A stretch of 56,871 nucleotides of DNA from Porticoccaceae bacterium (GTDB lineage: Bacteria > Pseudomonadota > Gammaproteobacteria > Pseudomonadales > Porticoccaceae). The stretch spans positions 1 to 56,871 of the forward strand of contig DASUDS010000015.1 of NCBI GenBank assembly GCA_036275455.1, given 5' to 3'. The translations under genes and the position numbers were made by a program. Below the pieces are notes generated by a model. That model was not told where the DNA came from, did not search any database, and saw only the letters and a list, made by a program, of their open reading frames with translations. The first letter of the stretch is position 1. Each line of letters starts with the position of its first letter. Positions 55,736 to 56,871 of this stretch are shown here, in pieces.

Positions 55736-56871
55736 ATGAGAGAAGCCGTCGTCGTTTCGTCCGCCCGAACCCCCATCGGCCGCGCCTATCGCGGCCTGTT
55801 CAACGACACCGCCGGCCCGAGCCTGGGCGCCATCGCGATCCGCGAGGCGGTCGCCCGCGCCAAGGTCGATCCGGCCGAGATCGAGGATGTGATCATGGGC
55901 TGTGCCCTGAGCCAGGGCACCACCGGCTACAACATCGGCCGCTGCGCCGCGCTCGCCGCCGGCCTGCCGGTGACCGTGAGTGGCATGACCATGGATCGCC
56001 AGTGCTCCTCGGGGCTGATGGCCATCGCCACCGCCGCCAAGCAGATCGTCCACGACGGCATGAACATCGCCGTCGGCGCCGGCATCGAATCCATCAGCCT
56101 GGTCCAGAACGAGCACCAGAACCGCCATCGCGCCCAGGATCCGGATCTGGTCGCGCTGCACAAGCATATCTACATGTCGATGCTGGAAACCGCCGAGGTG
56201 GTCGCCAAGCGCTACAAGATCAGCCGCGAGGCGCAGGACGAGTACGGGCTCCAGTCCCAGCTGCGCACCGCCGCGGCGCAGCAGGCCGGGCTGTTCGCCG
56301 ACGAGATCGTCGAGGTGACCGCCAACGTGCGCCTGGTGGACAAGGCCACCGGCAAGGAAGCCATCGACACCCGCACGCTCGCGCTTGACGAAGGCAACCG
56401 CGCCGACACCACCGCCGCCGGTCTGGCAGCGCTGAAGCCGGTGTTCGAAGGTGGCGTGATCACCGCCGGCAACGCCAGCCAGCTCTCCGACGGCTCCGCC
56501 GCCTGCGTACTGATGGAGCGCAAGCTCGCCGAACAGCGCGGCCTGCAACCCCTCGGCCTCTACCGCGGCATCGCCGTGGCCGGCTGCGAGCCCGATGAAA
56601 TGGGCATCGGTCCGGTGTTCGCCGTTCCCAAGCTGCTCAAGCAACACGGCTTGAAGATCGACGACATCGGTGTTTGGGAATTGAACGAGGCCTTCGCGGT
56701 GCAGGTGATCTATTGCCGCGACCGGCTCGGCATTCCCAACGAGCGGCTCAACATCAACGGCGGCGCCATCGCCATCGGCCATCCCTACGGCATGAGCGGC
56801 GCGCGGCTGACGGGCCATGCGCTCATCGAAGGCAAGCGGCGCGGGGATAAGTACGCCGTCGTCACGATGTG
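55736..56871 (+). CDS. acetyl-CoA C-acyltransferase (thiolase), 3' end beyond window
   Basis: Not in the ORF track because there is no stop in the window. The ATG at 55736 follows [30 protein letters not shown]...[14 protein letters not shown] (active-site Cys)...[12 protein letters not shown]...NEAFAVQ...[20 protein letters not shown]. Confidence 0.92.
   Translation, partial: MREAVVVSSARTPIGRAYRGLFNDTAGPSLGAIAIREAVARAKVDPAEIEDVIMGCALSQGTTGYNIGRCAALAAGLPVTVSGMTMDRQCSSGLMAIATAAKQIVHDGMNIAVGAGIESISLVQNEHQNRHRAQDPDLVALHKHIYMSMLETAEVVAKRYKISREAQDEYGLQSQLRTAAAQQAGLFADEIVEVTANVRLVDKATGKEAIDTRTLALDEGNRADTTAAGLAALKPVFEGGVITAGNASQLSDGSAACVLMERKLAEQRGLQPLGLYRGIAVAGCEPDEMGIGPVFAVPKLLKQHGLKIDDIGVWELNEAFAVQVIYCRDRLGIPNERLNINGGAIAIGHPYGMSGARLTGHALIEGKRRGDKYAVVTM

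Overview
This is a GC-rich (by eye about two-thirds G+C) chromosomal segment that reads like the core genome of a gammaproteobacterium. I can support about 58 protein-coding genes, most in conserved syntenic blocks: proA-nadD-rsfS-rlmH-mrdA-rodA-mltB-rlpA-dac-ybeD-lipB-lipA; rppH-ptsP with divergent rimO; zapA-ssrS-5-formyl-THF cyclo-ligase-pyk; ygfB-pepP-ubiH-ubiI; and rpiA/ilvA. There is also an RND efflux pair, a flavin/LLM oxidoreductase neighbourhood (6.6-16.8 kb) and a complete beta-oxidation-type cluster (51.8 kb to the window end). Features absent from the ORF track are a 6S RNA (ssrS), one clean intrinsic terminator, an orphan RHS/YD-repeat pseudogene fragment and a REP-like double hairpin. 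I saw no tRNA/rRNA, CRISPR array, transposase, integrase or recognisable defence gene. Most very long ORFs in the track lie antisense to, or out of frame with, the real genes and are GC-rich shadow ORFs. The most unusual signal is structural rather than a gene cluster. Most spacers, and several gene ends, carry short locus-specific tandem arrays (units 13-24 nt, often exactly 18 nt). These are built from the neighbouring gene's own stop or start region. They push apart apparently once-overlapping genes, create runs of in-frame back-up stops and ATGA-linked mini-uORFs, and add repeat-encoded tails to conserved enzymes (MoeA, LipA, a DUF1244 protein, 5-FCL). Secondary points are an orphan Anbu proteasome homologue, the RHS remnant, paired hotdog and paired acyl-CoA dehydrogenase genes, and a LonC-like protease. 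All functional calls rest on my recognition of translated motifs and synteny; no database search was run.
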